From an uncultured Acetatifactor sp. (GTDB lineage: Bacteria; Bacillota; Clostridia; Lachnospirales; Lachnospiraceae), in contig CANQJL010000004.1 in the NCBI GenBank assembly GCA_947624245.1, positions 10,272 through 74,271 of the forward strand: a DNA stretch of 64,000 nucleotides, in the 5' to 3' direction. Shown here in pieces: positions 48,894 through 58,333 of this stretch (position 1 is the first letter of the stretch; each line of letters starts with the position of its first letter). Made by a program: the position numbers and the translations under genes. The notes under the pieces are model-generated. The model was given only the letters and a program-made list of their open reading frames with translations, was not told the origin of the DNA and did not search any database.

Positions 48894-50132
48894 ATGAGAC
48901 ACTATCGATATTACATAGGAATTGCGATGCTCATGCTGGTGATGGCCGGCATGGCCGGCTGCGGAACGGAACGCGCCGGCGACGTGGAGGTATCCGCGGA
49001 AAAAGACGTATCTAAGGAGCGGGAACAGGAGCCCGCCGGGGAATCTGTGGGAACGTCCGCAGAGGAAGTATCTGCGGGGAATGAGACGGAAGAAGTCGTC
49101 AAATATCAGATAGACCGGTCCGATATTCCCGACGAGGCCAATGTACAGACCTTGAATCTTAAGACCAATGCGGAGGTGACATACGGGGAGGTCTTGGATC
49201 ATGTAGAGCAGCAGGGCGGTACGGGGCTGGCTGATGTGAGGGAGTATCGGCTGAACCTGCCTCAGATAAAGGATCTGACAGAGCGTTATCGGGACGGGAA
49301 GCTAGTGTGGGAGCTGGATGTGGATGGCGTCAGGGTTACGTCGGATATCTGTGAACTGGATTTTTCCGGCCATGATCTTGCTGCCCTGGACCTGGATCTG
49401 TATATGCTTTTTGGGCTGCTTCGGAATCTGGAGAAGGTAGATATGTGTCAGTGCGGATTTTCCAATGATGAGATGGCCGCGCTGCAGGATGCGTTTCCCG
49501 AGATCAAGATAGTGTGGGAGATTCAGATGTCCCACTGGACGGTCCGCACGGATGCGGTGGCTTTTTCCACCATGAAAACCTGTTCCCAGACCTTTTTCTT
49601 AAATGACGATGAGGCCAAATACCTGAAATACTGCACGGATCTCGTGGCGCTGGATCTGGGGCACAATTATGTGACAGATTTGTCATTTTTGAAATATATG
49701 CCGGAGCTGAAAATACTGATTCTGGTGGACAATGTCAAGAGCTGGGAGGGCGGAAAGATTCACAGGATCGACGACCTGTCCATGCTGCAATATGTGCCCA
49801 AACTGGAATATCTGGAGTTCTTCTGCGACGGTGTGGAAGATATCAGTTTTTTGCAGTACACGCCCAATCTGGTGGACCTGAACATCAGTTATAATCCGGT
49901 AAGCGACGCCTCCTATTTATTTGAGCTTCCAAAGCTGGAAAGGCTCTTTCTGGAGCATACGAAGATTCCCTACAGTGAGTTTGAACGGCTGCAGGAGACC
50001 TATCCGGACGCTCAGATCGAGTATTACGGGGAGGGCTCCATTGACCATGGCTGGAGAGAGCATGAAAGATATTATGCCATGCGGGATATGTTCAAGAATA
50101 ATTATGTGCATTCTTTATTTGCAGAGGAATAG
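48894..50132 (+). CDS. Leucine-rich repeat lipoprotein
   Basis: Lipobox-like MAGC; LxxLxLxxN repeats (LVALDLGHN, LVDLNISYN). Confidence 0.8.
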   Translation: MRHYRYYIGIAMLMLVMAGMAGCGTERAGDVEVSAEKDVSKEREQEPAGESVGTSAEEVSAGNETEEVVKYQIDRSDIPDEANVQTLNLKTNAEVTYGEVLDHVEQQGGTGLADVREYRLNLPQIKDLTERYRDGKLVWELDVDGVRVTSDICELDFSGHDLAALDLDLYMLFGLLRNLEKVDMCQCGFSNDEMAALQDAFPEIKIVWEIQMSHWTVRTDAVAFSTMKTCSQTFFLNDDEAKYLKYCTDLVALDLGHNYVTDLSFLKYMPELKILILVDNVKSWEGGKIHRIDDLSMLQYVPKLEYLEFFCDGVEDISFLQYTPNLVDLNISYNPVSDASYLFELPKLERLFLEHTKIPYSEFERLQETYPDAQIEYYGEGSIDHGWREHERYYAMRDMFKNNYVHSLFAEE

Positions 50133-50210
50133 TTCCGAGCGTATCGCCGCGGCACCGATTTTCGGAGCAGGAAGACGTAGAGGAATAAAATCCGGAAAGG
50201 AGGCTGTTAA

Positions 50211-50654
50211 ATGAAGAAAACAGTAAAGAAAATATGTATTGCCGCGGTTCTTCTGTGCGGTGTCCTTTTCGCCGGGGTTGTGTTGATATATGTGATATGT
50301 CCGATTTTAGATAATATTGCACTTTCCCGCTATAAAGAGGAGGTCATATCAGGCTTAGAACTTCCGGACAGCACGGAGATAGCGGAGGTCATAAGCGGCT
50401 GCGGCAATTCCAGTGGAACGGGAAATCATACCGATATGTATGTGGGAATACTTGTAAGGACCGACTTGACGGAGGAGGAATTTTTCAGTCAATATTCTGG
50501 CGAGGCGTATTCCGCACAGGAAAATGAAATGGAAACCTGGGCGATGGGGTGCATCGGTGTATCCTTTGACATGAAGGAAGCAGAGGAAGGTTACTATATT
50601 TTGGAATTTACCGCCGCGGCACCTTATTCGGAATTTGATCTGAGGGGGCATTAG
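50211..50654 (+). CDS. Hypothetical membrane-anchored protein
   Basis: N-terminal TM helix; GNSSGTGNHTD motif; AGGAGG RBS. Confidence 0.7.
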   Translation: MKKTVKKICIAAVLLCGVLFAGVVLIYVICPILDNIALSRYKEEVISGLELPDSTEIAEVISGCGNSSGTGNHTDMYVGILVRTDLTEEEFFSQYSGEAYSAQENEMETWAMGCIGVSFDMKEAEEGYYILEFTAAAPYSEFDLRGH

Positions 50655-51017
50655 GGCTGGGAGCGTTATATCTTTACAAAGGGGTATGAAAATAAACAAA
50701 CAAATAAAGTATATTTTAAGGGCGTAAAAAGTAATGATATGATTTCCAGGCTGGATATTGATAAAATAGTATATTCTGTAAGTGACCAGTTAAAGCCATT
50801 ATATGATTTATTAGGCGTAAAGATAGTAAAATAAAATATCTTTAATATGCAAAAATCATACATTGCAAAACATACTTAATTATGCAGCTTCAATATGAAA
50901 TAGGCGATATTTTGCACCTTTTGCACATTGAGTCCGCTATATTGTACTCAATATGTGCTATTTCTATATGTGCAATGATGCACTTGAATTTTTGACTTGA
51001 ATTTTATTAATAAAGAA

Positions 51018-51046
51018 TTGACAGTAAAATAATCGTGTGATACAAT
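51018..51046 (+). promoter_or_regulatory. cas operon promoter
   Basis: TTGACA-17 bp-TACAAT with an extended -10 TG. Confidence 0.85.
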
Positions 51047-51066
51047 TAACCCAGTTGATACAATCA

Positions 51067-51083
51067 AAGTATAAAATGTCTAG
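51067..51083 (+). promoter_or_regulatory. PAM plus self-target site of the mini-array spacer
   Basis: AAG followed by TATAAAATGTCTAG. Confidence 0.8.
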
Positions 51084-51137
51084 ACAAAAAACTAAAAATG
51101 GAGGGGTTAGTGAAAAATAAATAAACAGTGGTATGAA

Positions 51138-51227
51138 AAGCAGAAAACTACAGGGGGGATGAACCATATAACATGTCTAGCAATACCTTGGTTGTGTCAA
51201 CTCCCCCACATTTGTGGGGACGATTGG
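51138..51227 (+). ncRNA. CRISPR-like mini-array (degenerate repeat - 32-nt spacer - degenerate repeat), candidate cas-regulating RNA
   Basis: First repeat ends GGGGATGAACCA; second has the stem CCCCAC-ATTT-GTGGGG; spacer matches 51070-51083. Confidence 0.85.
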
Positions 51228-51243
51228 GAGGAGAAAACAGAGC

Positions 51244-53874
51244 GTGCAAAATACAAATATAAACATCCTTAAAAAAATATGGGCAAAAACCACACCGTTC
51301 CAATCGATCGTGGCGCATTCGCTAAATACATCAGCGATTGCACATGCTCTGTTGACAAAAGGAACGCTACATCCCGTTTTGCTGGACATAACTCTGTGGG
51401 TATACGGAGACCGCTCTGCCGAACATGCGGACAGGACATGTGCCTTGGTCGAATATTTGGCTTCGCTCCATGATATGGGGAAAAATTCCCCCTATTTTCA
51501 GGTAAAACATGACGAAAAAGGGGTCTGTAAACTGCTTGGGAGCCAACAGCTGGTGGAGGATTACTGCGATGAAATCAAAAAGTTCCGGCATGAGAAATAT
51601 TCTGAAGTGGTTTTGAAACGAATATGGAACGATAAAGAAAGATTTGAGTCGGCGGACACAAGTGACTGTACCGTTCGCTATTTTTCCGGTATTGCTGCCC
51701 TTCATCATCAGGGGAAGAGCGGACATGGGCATGAGATTCAGGACGACGAAATAAAAATAATCTGGCAGCAGCAACAGGATATATTGGAAGAAATGATGTT
51801 TGAACTTTTTCGACCGCCAAGTGTTGTCGTGAATAGCAAGACAATGGAACATGTTTCGGCAGTGTGCATGCAAATTCTCGGTACAATTATCTTGTCGGAC
51901 TGGTTGGCATCAAGTGGGGCGTTTTCAGAAGACGAACTTGAAACACAGGATATCACAGGTAAAGAATATTATGCAAAGGCTGCAAAAAAGGCAGATGATC
52001 TGGTAAGGGAGTCGAGGCTGTCTTTGACGGTGCTTCCGGAGGAAACGTGTTTTTCAGGTATTTGGAAAAATATTCCGAAGGAGAAAATGCGCCCGCTCCA
52101 GATTGTTACTGAAAAACTTATGTCGGATGACAAGAAACCGCTTCTTTTTCTCGTAGAGGCACCAATGGGTGAAGGAAAAACAGAGGCAGGAGCCTATGCG
52201 GCTTTTCAAATGGGCAGATATTACGGGAAAGAGGGCTTTTATGTTGCATTGCCGACATCAGCTACCGCAAATCAAATGTACGATAGAATACGTTGTCTTA
52301 TGAAGAGTTTGTTCCCAGAAAAGGAGGTAAGATTGCTTCACTCGTTGGCGTGGTTGATGGACGAGAGTACAAGGGAAGAAAAAGAATTTGCACTGGAAGA
52401 TAGGGAATATGCGATGAAATGGACGCAGCCTCTTCGCAGAGGCCTGTTGGAGGGATATTCCGTGGGGACGATTGATCAGGTCCTGATGGCGGCATTATAC
52501 GTGAAATATGGTGCGGTTCGTCTTTTGGGAATAGGGAGTAAGGTGCTGGTTTTAGATGAAGTACACGCTTATGATGCGTATATGCAGGATATTCTTATTA
52601 AGCTGTTGTCGTGGTGCAGGGAATTGAGAGTGCCGGTGGTGATGCTTTCCGCCACGCTTCCCAGTGTAACAAAACAATCCATATTAAAGGTTTACGGTAT
52701 CATGGACAGAGTGGAACAGGATTATCCGGCAATTACTTCTGTGTTCGAAGATGAAACATATTCGGTGGCTCCGATTCCTGATGTATCGTGCAAAAAAGAA
52801 GTGAAGATCAGCATCATACGAGAATTGAATCAGTGGGAAGCAATCAGCAGGCGTGCTATTCATATGGTGAGGGAAGGAGGCTGCATTTGTATTCTCGTCA
52901 ATACGGTGGGAAATGCGCAGCAATTATATGAGACAATAAAAAAGGACAAGCCCGAAGAGATTGAGATTTTTCTGTTTCATGCTGCTTTTTCTGTGAGAAG
53001 AAGGCAGCAAATTGAAAAAGAAGTAGTGAATTGTTTTGGAAAGGATAAGACAAGACGGCCTCAGAAGGCAATCTTGATTGCCACACAGGTTGTAGAACAG
53101 TCGGCAGATGTGGATTTTGACAGCATGATAACGGAAATTGCCCCGATAGACTTATTGCTGCAACGTATGGGGCGTGTGTTCCGGCATGAAAATACCCCAA
53201 GATCCCGCGTGTGGAAGGTCCCGGAATTGACCATTCTTGTACCGGAAAATGGGAATGGCTACGGGGTGAGTGAAATTATTTATCCGAAAATATTACTGGA
53301 AATGACACAGCAGTATCTGGCAAATCATTCGTGTATTCGCTGTCCGGAATCAATACGGGAGGCGGTGGAGAGCGTATATAGTGAAGACTCGGGTTTTCAG
53401 GCGGATTTAGAGCACTGGATGGAATATCAGATGGAACAGGGGCTGAAGCATTCTCAGGCAAAAGTCCAAGAATTAATCTTTCCGGACAATAAGTTTAAAG
53501 TTTACAAAACAGGAAGCCGAGTAGAAGAATTGTTTGACGATACAGAGACAGATTCTTTTCTTTCCGCCAAAACAAGACTGGCGGAACCTACTGTGCAAAT
53601 GGCGATTCTCTCTCCGGAACTGTACCGTCAGGTATTGGACACACAGTGCGTATCCAAAGAGCTTGCCAAAGAGGTCTATTTAAATTCTGTTTCCGTTGCG
53701 GAACGCAAAATAAAAAAATATTTTCCAGACTTTCAGCGGACAATGTTGTCGGGAAACGGTCCATTGAAACATATTTTGATTCTTTCGGAAGAAAATGGAC
53801 GTGCGGAAATTCGGGACGGCGTGTTTTGCGAGTTGGGAGATGAAGTAGGCTTTCGAATATGGGAGGTGAATTAG
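51244..53874 (+). CDS. cas3: Cas3 HD nuclease-helicase
   Basis: HDMGK, HHQG, SDWLAS, APMGEGKT, DEVH, SAT, QRMGR; GTG start after GGGAGGAG. Confidence 0.97.
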   Translation: MQNTNINILKKIWAKTTPFQSIVAHSLNTSAIAHALLTKGTLHPVLLDITLWVYGDRSAEHADRTCALVEYLASLHDMGKNSPYFQVKHDEKGVCKLLGSQQLVEDYCDEIKKFRHEKYSEVVLKRIWNDKERFESADTSDCTVRYFSGIAALHHQGKSGHGHEIQDDEIKIIWQQQQDILEEMMFELFRPPSVVVNSKTMEHVSAVCMQILGTIILSDWLASSGAFSEDELETQDITGKEYYAKAAKKADDLVRESRLSLTVLPEETCFSGIWKNIPKEKMRPLQIVTEKLMSDDKKPLLFLVEAPMGEGKTEAGAYAAFQMGRYYGKEGFYVALPTSATANQMYDRIRCLMKSLFPEKEVRLLHSLAWLMDESTREEKEFALEDREYAMKWTQPLRRGLLEGYSVGTIDQVLMAALYVKYGAVRLLGIGSKVLVLDEVHAYDAYMQDILIKLLSWCRELRVPVVMLSATLPSVTKQSILKVYGIMDRVEQDYPAITSVFEDETYSVAPIPDVSCKKEVKISIIRELNQWEAISRRAIHMVREGGCICILVNTVGNAQQLYETIKKDKPEEIEIFLFHAAFSVRRRQQIEKEVVNCFGKDKTRRPQKAILIATQVVEQSADVDFDSMITEIAPIDLLLQRMGRVFRHENTPRSRVWKVPELTILVPENGNGYGVSEIIYPKILLEMTQQYLANHSCIRCPESIREAVESVYSEDSGFQADLEHWMEYQMEQGLKHSQAKVQELIFPDNKFKVYKTGSRVEELFDDTETDSFLSAKTRLAEPTVQMAILSPELYRQVLDTQCVSKELAKEVYLNSVSVAERKIKKYFPDFQRTMLSGNGPLKHILILSEENGRAEIRDGVFCELGDEVGFRIWEVN

Positions 53875-55335
53875 TTGATTCATTTTGACGTACTGACAGA
53901 ACCGTGGATTCCGGTCATTGATCTGCAGGGCAACAGGCGGGAACTTGGAATTCTGGACGTGTTGGAACAGGCAGATCGGCTCAGGGAGATAGCCGACTCG
54001 GCAGTTACATATGAATATGGGGTCTTTCGGTTGTTGTGTACTTTTTTGATGGATGCATATCGACCGGAAGAATGGAGTGATTTGCAAAGAATTTATCAAA
54101 CAGGAAAGTTCGATATGCAAATCATTCAAAAATATGTGGAAACGTGCAGACAGGAAGGGGTTTCCTTTGATCTGTTTGATACAGAGACGCCTTTTCTGCA
54201 GGCAAAATTCAATGACATGTATGACAAAAAATTAATTTCTGTTGCTTCACTAAATATTGCACTGCCCAGCGGGAATAATCATGTTCATTTTGAGCATTGT
54301 CTGGAAGATGATCAGGTGATGACTTGTGCAGAGGCTGCCCGTGGCTTATGTGCAATTAATTTGTTCTGCACTGCAGGAGTCCAGGAGTATCCTTCTACGG
54401 TCAATGGCATGCCGCCGATTTATTTTGTATTAGAGGATAAAAATCTTTTTGGCAGCTTGGTTTATTCCATGATATCGAGGGATGAAGCGGGCAATATGTC
54501 GTACAGCGATCCTCCGCCGGTCTGGCGATGCAGGTCAGAAATAATACCAAAGAAAAAGGAGACGGAAATTTCCGTGTTGTATGGAATGATGTATCCTTGC
54601 AGAAGGGTTCTTCTGCAGCCGGACGATGACGGGAATATTCATTGCATGTATCTGTGTCAGGGGAAAAATTATATCGGGTATGATGCCTGGAGAGATCCTC
54701 ATGTCTCTTATCTTTTTCAAGACAAAGGAAGAGTCTCTTTAAAGCCTAACATGGAGAAAGAACCGTGGAGAAATATTACGTCAATTATTGCCGGAAAAGA
54801 TACTGCATTGACTTTTGTTAGAAGAATTGTGGAGGAAAATCTGCTGGAAGATATTGTATTAAAGGTATATAGTGTCGCGACGAATCAGGCAAGCTACCTT
54901 GATATGCAGAAGAGCAGGCTTCGGATGCCATGCAGCATTGCGCAAAGCAGAATTAAGAGTGACCGGATTCTGGAGTTGATTCAGGAAATAGAAAAAATGA
55001 ACAAAGACATTGGGAGATGTCTGAACGAATGTTATGCGGGCACAAGAGGAAATGTTAAAACAAGAAATGCGGTTCGCTCCATACAGACGGGTTTCCTAAA
55101 TTCGTGCAGAGATTATCTGTTGCAGGATATATTTGATGAAATGTCAAGCATTCCGGAAAAAGAGGCTTCGCAGTGCAAGGAAAAACATGTCAGTGTGCTT
55201 AGAAAAAATTGTTTGGGCACATTTGAATATGCTGTTAGGGCGTTTATGTCTACCGGGGCAGAAATAATAAGAGTTCAAAAAGTGCGCAGAGCGCTGATTG
55301 CAACATTATACAAAGAGAAAGGAGCGAAAGACTAG
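53875..55335 (+). CDS. cas8e: Cas8e (Cse1/CasA)
   Basis: FDVLTEPWIPV, FDLFD...PFLQ, PSGNN, LCAINLF; operon position. Confidence 0.9.
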   Translation: MIHFDVLTEPWIPVIDLQGNRRELGILDVLEQADRLREIADSAVTYEYGVFRLLCTFLMDAYRPEEWSDLQRIYQTGKFDMQIIQKYVETCRQEGVSFDLFDTETPFLQAKFNDMYDKKLISVASLNIALPSGNNHVHFEHCLEDDQVMTCAEAARGLCAINLFCTAGVQEYPSTVNGMPPIYFVLEDKNLFGSLVYSMISRDEAGNMSYSDPPPVWRCRSEIIPKKKETEISVLYGMMYPCRRVLLQPDDDGNIHCMYLCQGKNYIGYDAWRDPHVSYLFQDKGRVSLKPNMEKEPWRNITSIIAGKDTALTFVRRIVEENLLEDIVLKVYSVATNQASYLDMQKSRLRMPCSIAQSRIKSDRILELIQEIEKMNKDIGRCLNECYAGTRGNVKTRNAVRSIQTGFLNSCRDYLLQDIFDEMSSIPEKEASQCKEKHVSVLRKNCLGTFEYAVRAFMSTGAEIIRVQKVRRALIATLYKEKGAKD

Positions 55336-55913
55336 TGACTCAAAGTGAAAAAAAAAGAAGAGAAAGCATCGCGGCTTTTATCAAAAGGGTCGATGGGCTC
55401 TCGGATTCAGAAAGATCCATTCTCAAAAAGAATGGCGGAAGGCTTTTGAAAGATGCAGATGCGGCAGCGCTGATGGCATTTTATAAAGCGTTGGGCGACA
55501 TCGACAAATCTATCCCAAAGGATAGAATGTTTCCGATTGCCTGTATGCGCTGTATGTGGGACAGAGAAATTGAACAGGAAAACGCAATTCCGTTTGCCGT
55601 CGCGATGGGGCAGTATTTTCCATCTAAAAGACGAGAAAAATTTTCAACAGAGGGTGGTGAGGAAAACGAAGAGAACAGCAGTATGGAAAGAAGGATGATA
55701 AAGCTGTTGGATCTGAGATGGGACGCAGATGGAATATTATGCCTGAATGTATGGCGAATTGCAAAAATGTTAAAAAATGAAGGAAAAGTAATCAATATGG
55801 TGATTCTTGGAGATGACTTCTGGATATGGAATGCAGAAAGTAAAAAGGTGCAATGCCGCTGGGCGGAAGAATATTATAGAGCAAACAAGGAGGAAGAAAA
55901 AAATGCTGATTGA
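55335..55913 (+). CDS. cas11: Cas11 (Cse2/CasB)
   Basis: Helical 192-aa protein, ERRMIKLLD, ends RWAEEYY; operon position. Confidence 0.85.
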   Translation: MTQSEKKRRESIAAFIKRVDGLSDSERSILKKNGGRLLKDADAAALMAFYKALGDIDKSIPKDRMFPIACMRCMWDREIEQENAIPFAVAMGQYFPSKRREKFSTEGGEENEENSSMERRMIKLLDLRWDADGILCLNVWRIAKMLKNEGKVINMVILGDDFWIWNAESKKVQCRWAEEYYRANKEEEKNAD

Positions 55914-57039
55914 AATTCATATGTTAAAAAATTATCCCCCCACTAATCTGAATAGAGATGATCTGGGGACGCCTAAAACATGTTACTTTGGAGGGACGAA
56001 CAGAGGCCGGATATCCAGTCAGTGTCTGAAACGAAGCTGGCGAAGGAGCACGGCCTTTGAGGAAGCTGTGGGAAAGGAAAATCTTGGAATAAGGACGAGG
56101 AAGATGCCGCTGCTTGTAAAAGAGAAACTTTTGGAAATGGGGGTATCGGAGGAGGTTGCGCAAAAAATTCTCCCGCAGTTGTCCGCCATTGGAAATAACT
56201 CTGCAAAGCCTTATAAGGACCCGACAAAGACGGCTCAGATCGCTATGTATTCGAATCAGGATATTGAGGAAATTGCCAAGGTGGTAAAGAACGAAATAGA
56301 CATGTGCGAAACTGAAAAAAAGATTGAGAATATTAAGTCCAAGACGATTCAGGAAAAGATCACAAATGCAGGAATTCGGCCTGTTTCATTGGATATTGCT
56401 CTGTTTGGAAGAATGGTTACCACAGATGCATTCCGTGATGTAGAGGGTGCCGTGCAGGTGGCACATGCAATATCAACAAATCGGGTAATAATGGAGTCTG
56501 ATTATTTTACAGCGATGGATGATCTTGTTTCCGGTAAAAGTCAGGATGATGCCGGAGCTGCGATGATTGACAATACGGAGTATAATTCTTCCTGTTATTA
56601 TATTTATGCATCCATTGATACGGACATTTTGGAAGAAAATTTAAAAGGTCTGGAAAATGTGCAGGAGTTAAAATCCAAAGCGGTTGCAGGAATGATTGTG
56701 GCGATGGCATTTTCAGATCCAAGTGGTAAACAACATGCATTTGCCGGACATATTCTTCCTTCTGCAGTACTTGTTGAATGCAAGGACAAAAAAATACCTG
56801 TCAGCTATACCAATGCTTTTGCCAAGGCGATCTATCCCGACGAAAAAGGTGATCTTATATATAAAAGTATTTTAGCGCTTTTGGGTGAACAGGGGATAAT
56901 GAAAAAAGATTTTGCGCTTCCGTCAAAAGCTTCCTATTTCTTTTGTTCATCCAGATATAAGGATATTCCTGTGCCAGATGAGATGCAGGTGTGTCATAAC
57001 TATGATGAGGTGGTAAAGAACGTGATTGAATTATTATAG
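55903..57039 (+). CDS. cas7: Cas7 (Cse4/CasC)
   Basis: IEIHML..YPPTNLNRDDLGTPK, RISSQCLKR, DIALFGRM, QVAHAIST, DYFTAMDD. Confidence 0.96.
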   Translation: MLIEIHMLKNYPPTNLNRDDLGTPKTCYFGGTNRGRISSQCLKRSWRRSTAFEEAVGKENLGIRTRKMPLLVKEKLLEMGVSEEVAQKILPQLSAIGNNSAKPYKDPTKTAQIAMYSNQDIEEIAKVVKNEIDMCETEKKIENIKSKTIQEKITNAGIRPVSLDIALFGRMVTTDAFRDVEGAVQVAHAISTNRVIMESDYFTAMDDLVSGKSQDDAGAAMIDNTEYNSSCYYIYASIDTDILEENLKGLENVQELKSKAVAGMIVAMAFSDPSGKQHAFAGHILPSAVLVECKDKKIPVSYTNAFAKAIYPDEKGDLIYKSILALLGEQGIMKKDFALPSKASYFFCSSRYKDIPVPDEMQVCHNYDEVVKNVIELL

Positions 57040-57050
57040 GGGGTAGACCC

Positions 57051-57731
57051 ATGACGGATACGTGTATTATCCTTTTACAGTTAGAAGGTGTGCTGCAGAG
57101 TTGGGGGGAACACTCGCGGTTTGACTATCGGGACAGTGCGAATTTCCCTACAAAATCAGCGCTTGTAGGTATGATAGGATGTGTAATGGGCATACAACGG
57201 GGAGAAAAACGCTTAGAAGAAATATCCAAGCATATTCGGATGGCGGTGCGCTGCGACAGACCGGGAAAGATGTATGTTGATTATCATACGGTCACCGCGG
57301 AGAACAAGATATTAAATGCAGCAGGAAAACCCAGATGTGATACCATCGTGACACATAGAACATATTTGCAGGACGCTTCCTTTTTAGTTGCTATTCAAAC
57401 AGGGACGGAATTGGCACAAGAAATAGTATGTTCCTTTCAAAATCCCTGTTGGCCGGTATATTTAGGGAGAAGATGCTGTATTCCAAGCGTACCGGTATTT
57501 CGGCGGTTGGCAGAAGAATATCATTCATTAGAAGAAGCGATGACGTCAGAACCTTTATCAAAATCTAGTCAAGATCGCGGAGAAATTCCTGAAATGCTTT
57601 TTTATGAGGCAGAAAGTACGGATGGAAGTGGATATGACAGGACTGATGAGATTATAAGCGCAAAAGGGCGATGCTTTACATCCAGGAGAGTGAAGCCTGT
57701 ACGCAAGGAGGGGAAATATGTATCTGAGTAA
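57051..57731 (+). CDS. cas5: Cas5e
   Basis: LEGVLQSWG, PTKSALVG, VDYHTV, YLQDASF, YLGRRCCIPS. Confidence 0.95.
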   Translation: MTDTCIILLQLEGVLQSWGEHSRFDYRDSANFPTKSALVGMIGCVMGIQRGEKRLEEISKHIRMAVRCDRPGKMYVDYHTVTAENKILNAAGKPRCDTIVTHRTYLQDASFLVAIQTGTELAQEIVCSFQNPCWPVYLGRRCCIPSVPVFRRLAEEYHSLEEAMTSEPLSKSSQDRGEIPEMLFYEAESTDGSGYDRTDEIISAKGRCFTSRRVKPVRKEGKYVSE

Positions 57732-58317
57732 GTTTGAAATTAATAGAGATCACCCTTCTGCAAGGCAGGCATTGTGCAATGTTCAGGATTTTCATCGAAA
57801 TCTTATGGCAAGATTTGATACCACGCGCCAGCAGTCCGGTGTTCTGTATCGAATGGATTTATCAAAAAAATGTCCGGTCGTATATGTCTTGTCGAAAGTT
57901 CCTCCTAAGGACATGGCACGCAAAGATATGAAATTGGTGGGCGTCCAGCAGATTGATTCCATGCTGCAAAATATTACAAAAAATCAGCGGTTCAGTTTTG
58001 ATGTTTGTGCGATACCATCAAAAAAAGTCCAGCGAGAAGGGAAAAAGAACAGCAGGCGCATTACTCTTCATTCAGAGAATGAGAGATTGGAATGGATGCA
58101 GAAGAAGGCAAGGCAAGGGGGCTTTCAAATTACAACGATACAGGAAATAAATGCAGTAAATAGCTTTGGAAGCCACGGAAACAGCAGTATGCAACTATGC
58201 GGATACCATTACCAGGGACAGCTTATTGTAGAAGAGCCAGAGAAATTTCGGCAAACATATTGTGAAGGAATCGGTCCGGATAAGGCATATGGTTTTGGAA
58301 TGCTTTTGCTCTTATAA
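57718..58317 (+). CDS. cas6e: Cas6e (Cse3/CasE)
   Basis: MYLSK, HRNLM, GIGPDKAYGFGML. Confidence 0.95.
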   Translation: MYLSKFEINRDHPSARQALCNVQDFHRNLMARFDTTRQQSGVLYRMDLSKKCPVVYVLSKVPPKDMARKDMKLVGVQQIDSMLQNITKNQRFSFDVCAIPSKKVQREGKKNSRRITLHSENERLEWMQKKARQGGFQITTIQEINAVNSFGSHGNSSMQLCGYHYQGQLIVEEPEKFRQTYCEGIGPDKAYGFGMLLLL

Positions 58318-58333
58318 CAGGAGTGGTCATGAT

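Noticed and set aside
50660-50830. AT-rich stretch ending ...DQLKPLYDLLGVKIVK*
   Set aside because: May be a gene remnant, but it is too short and interrupted to assign
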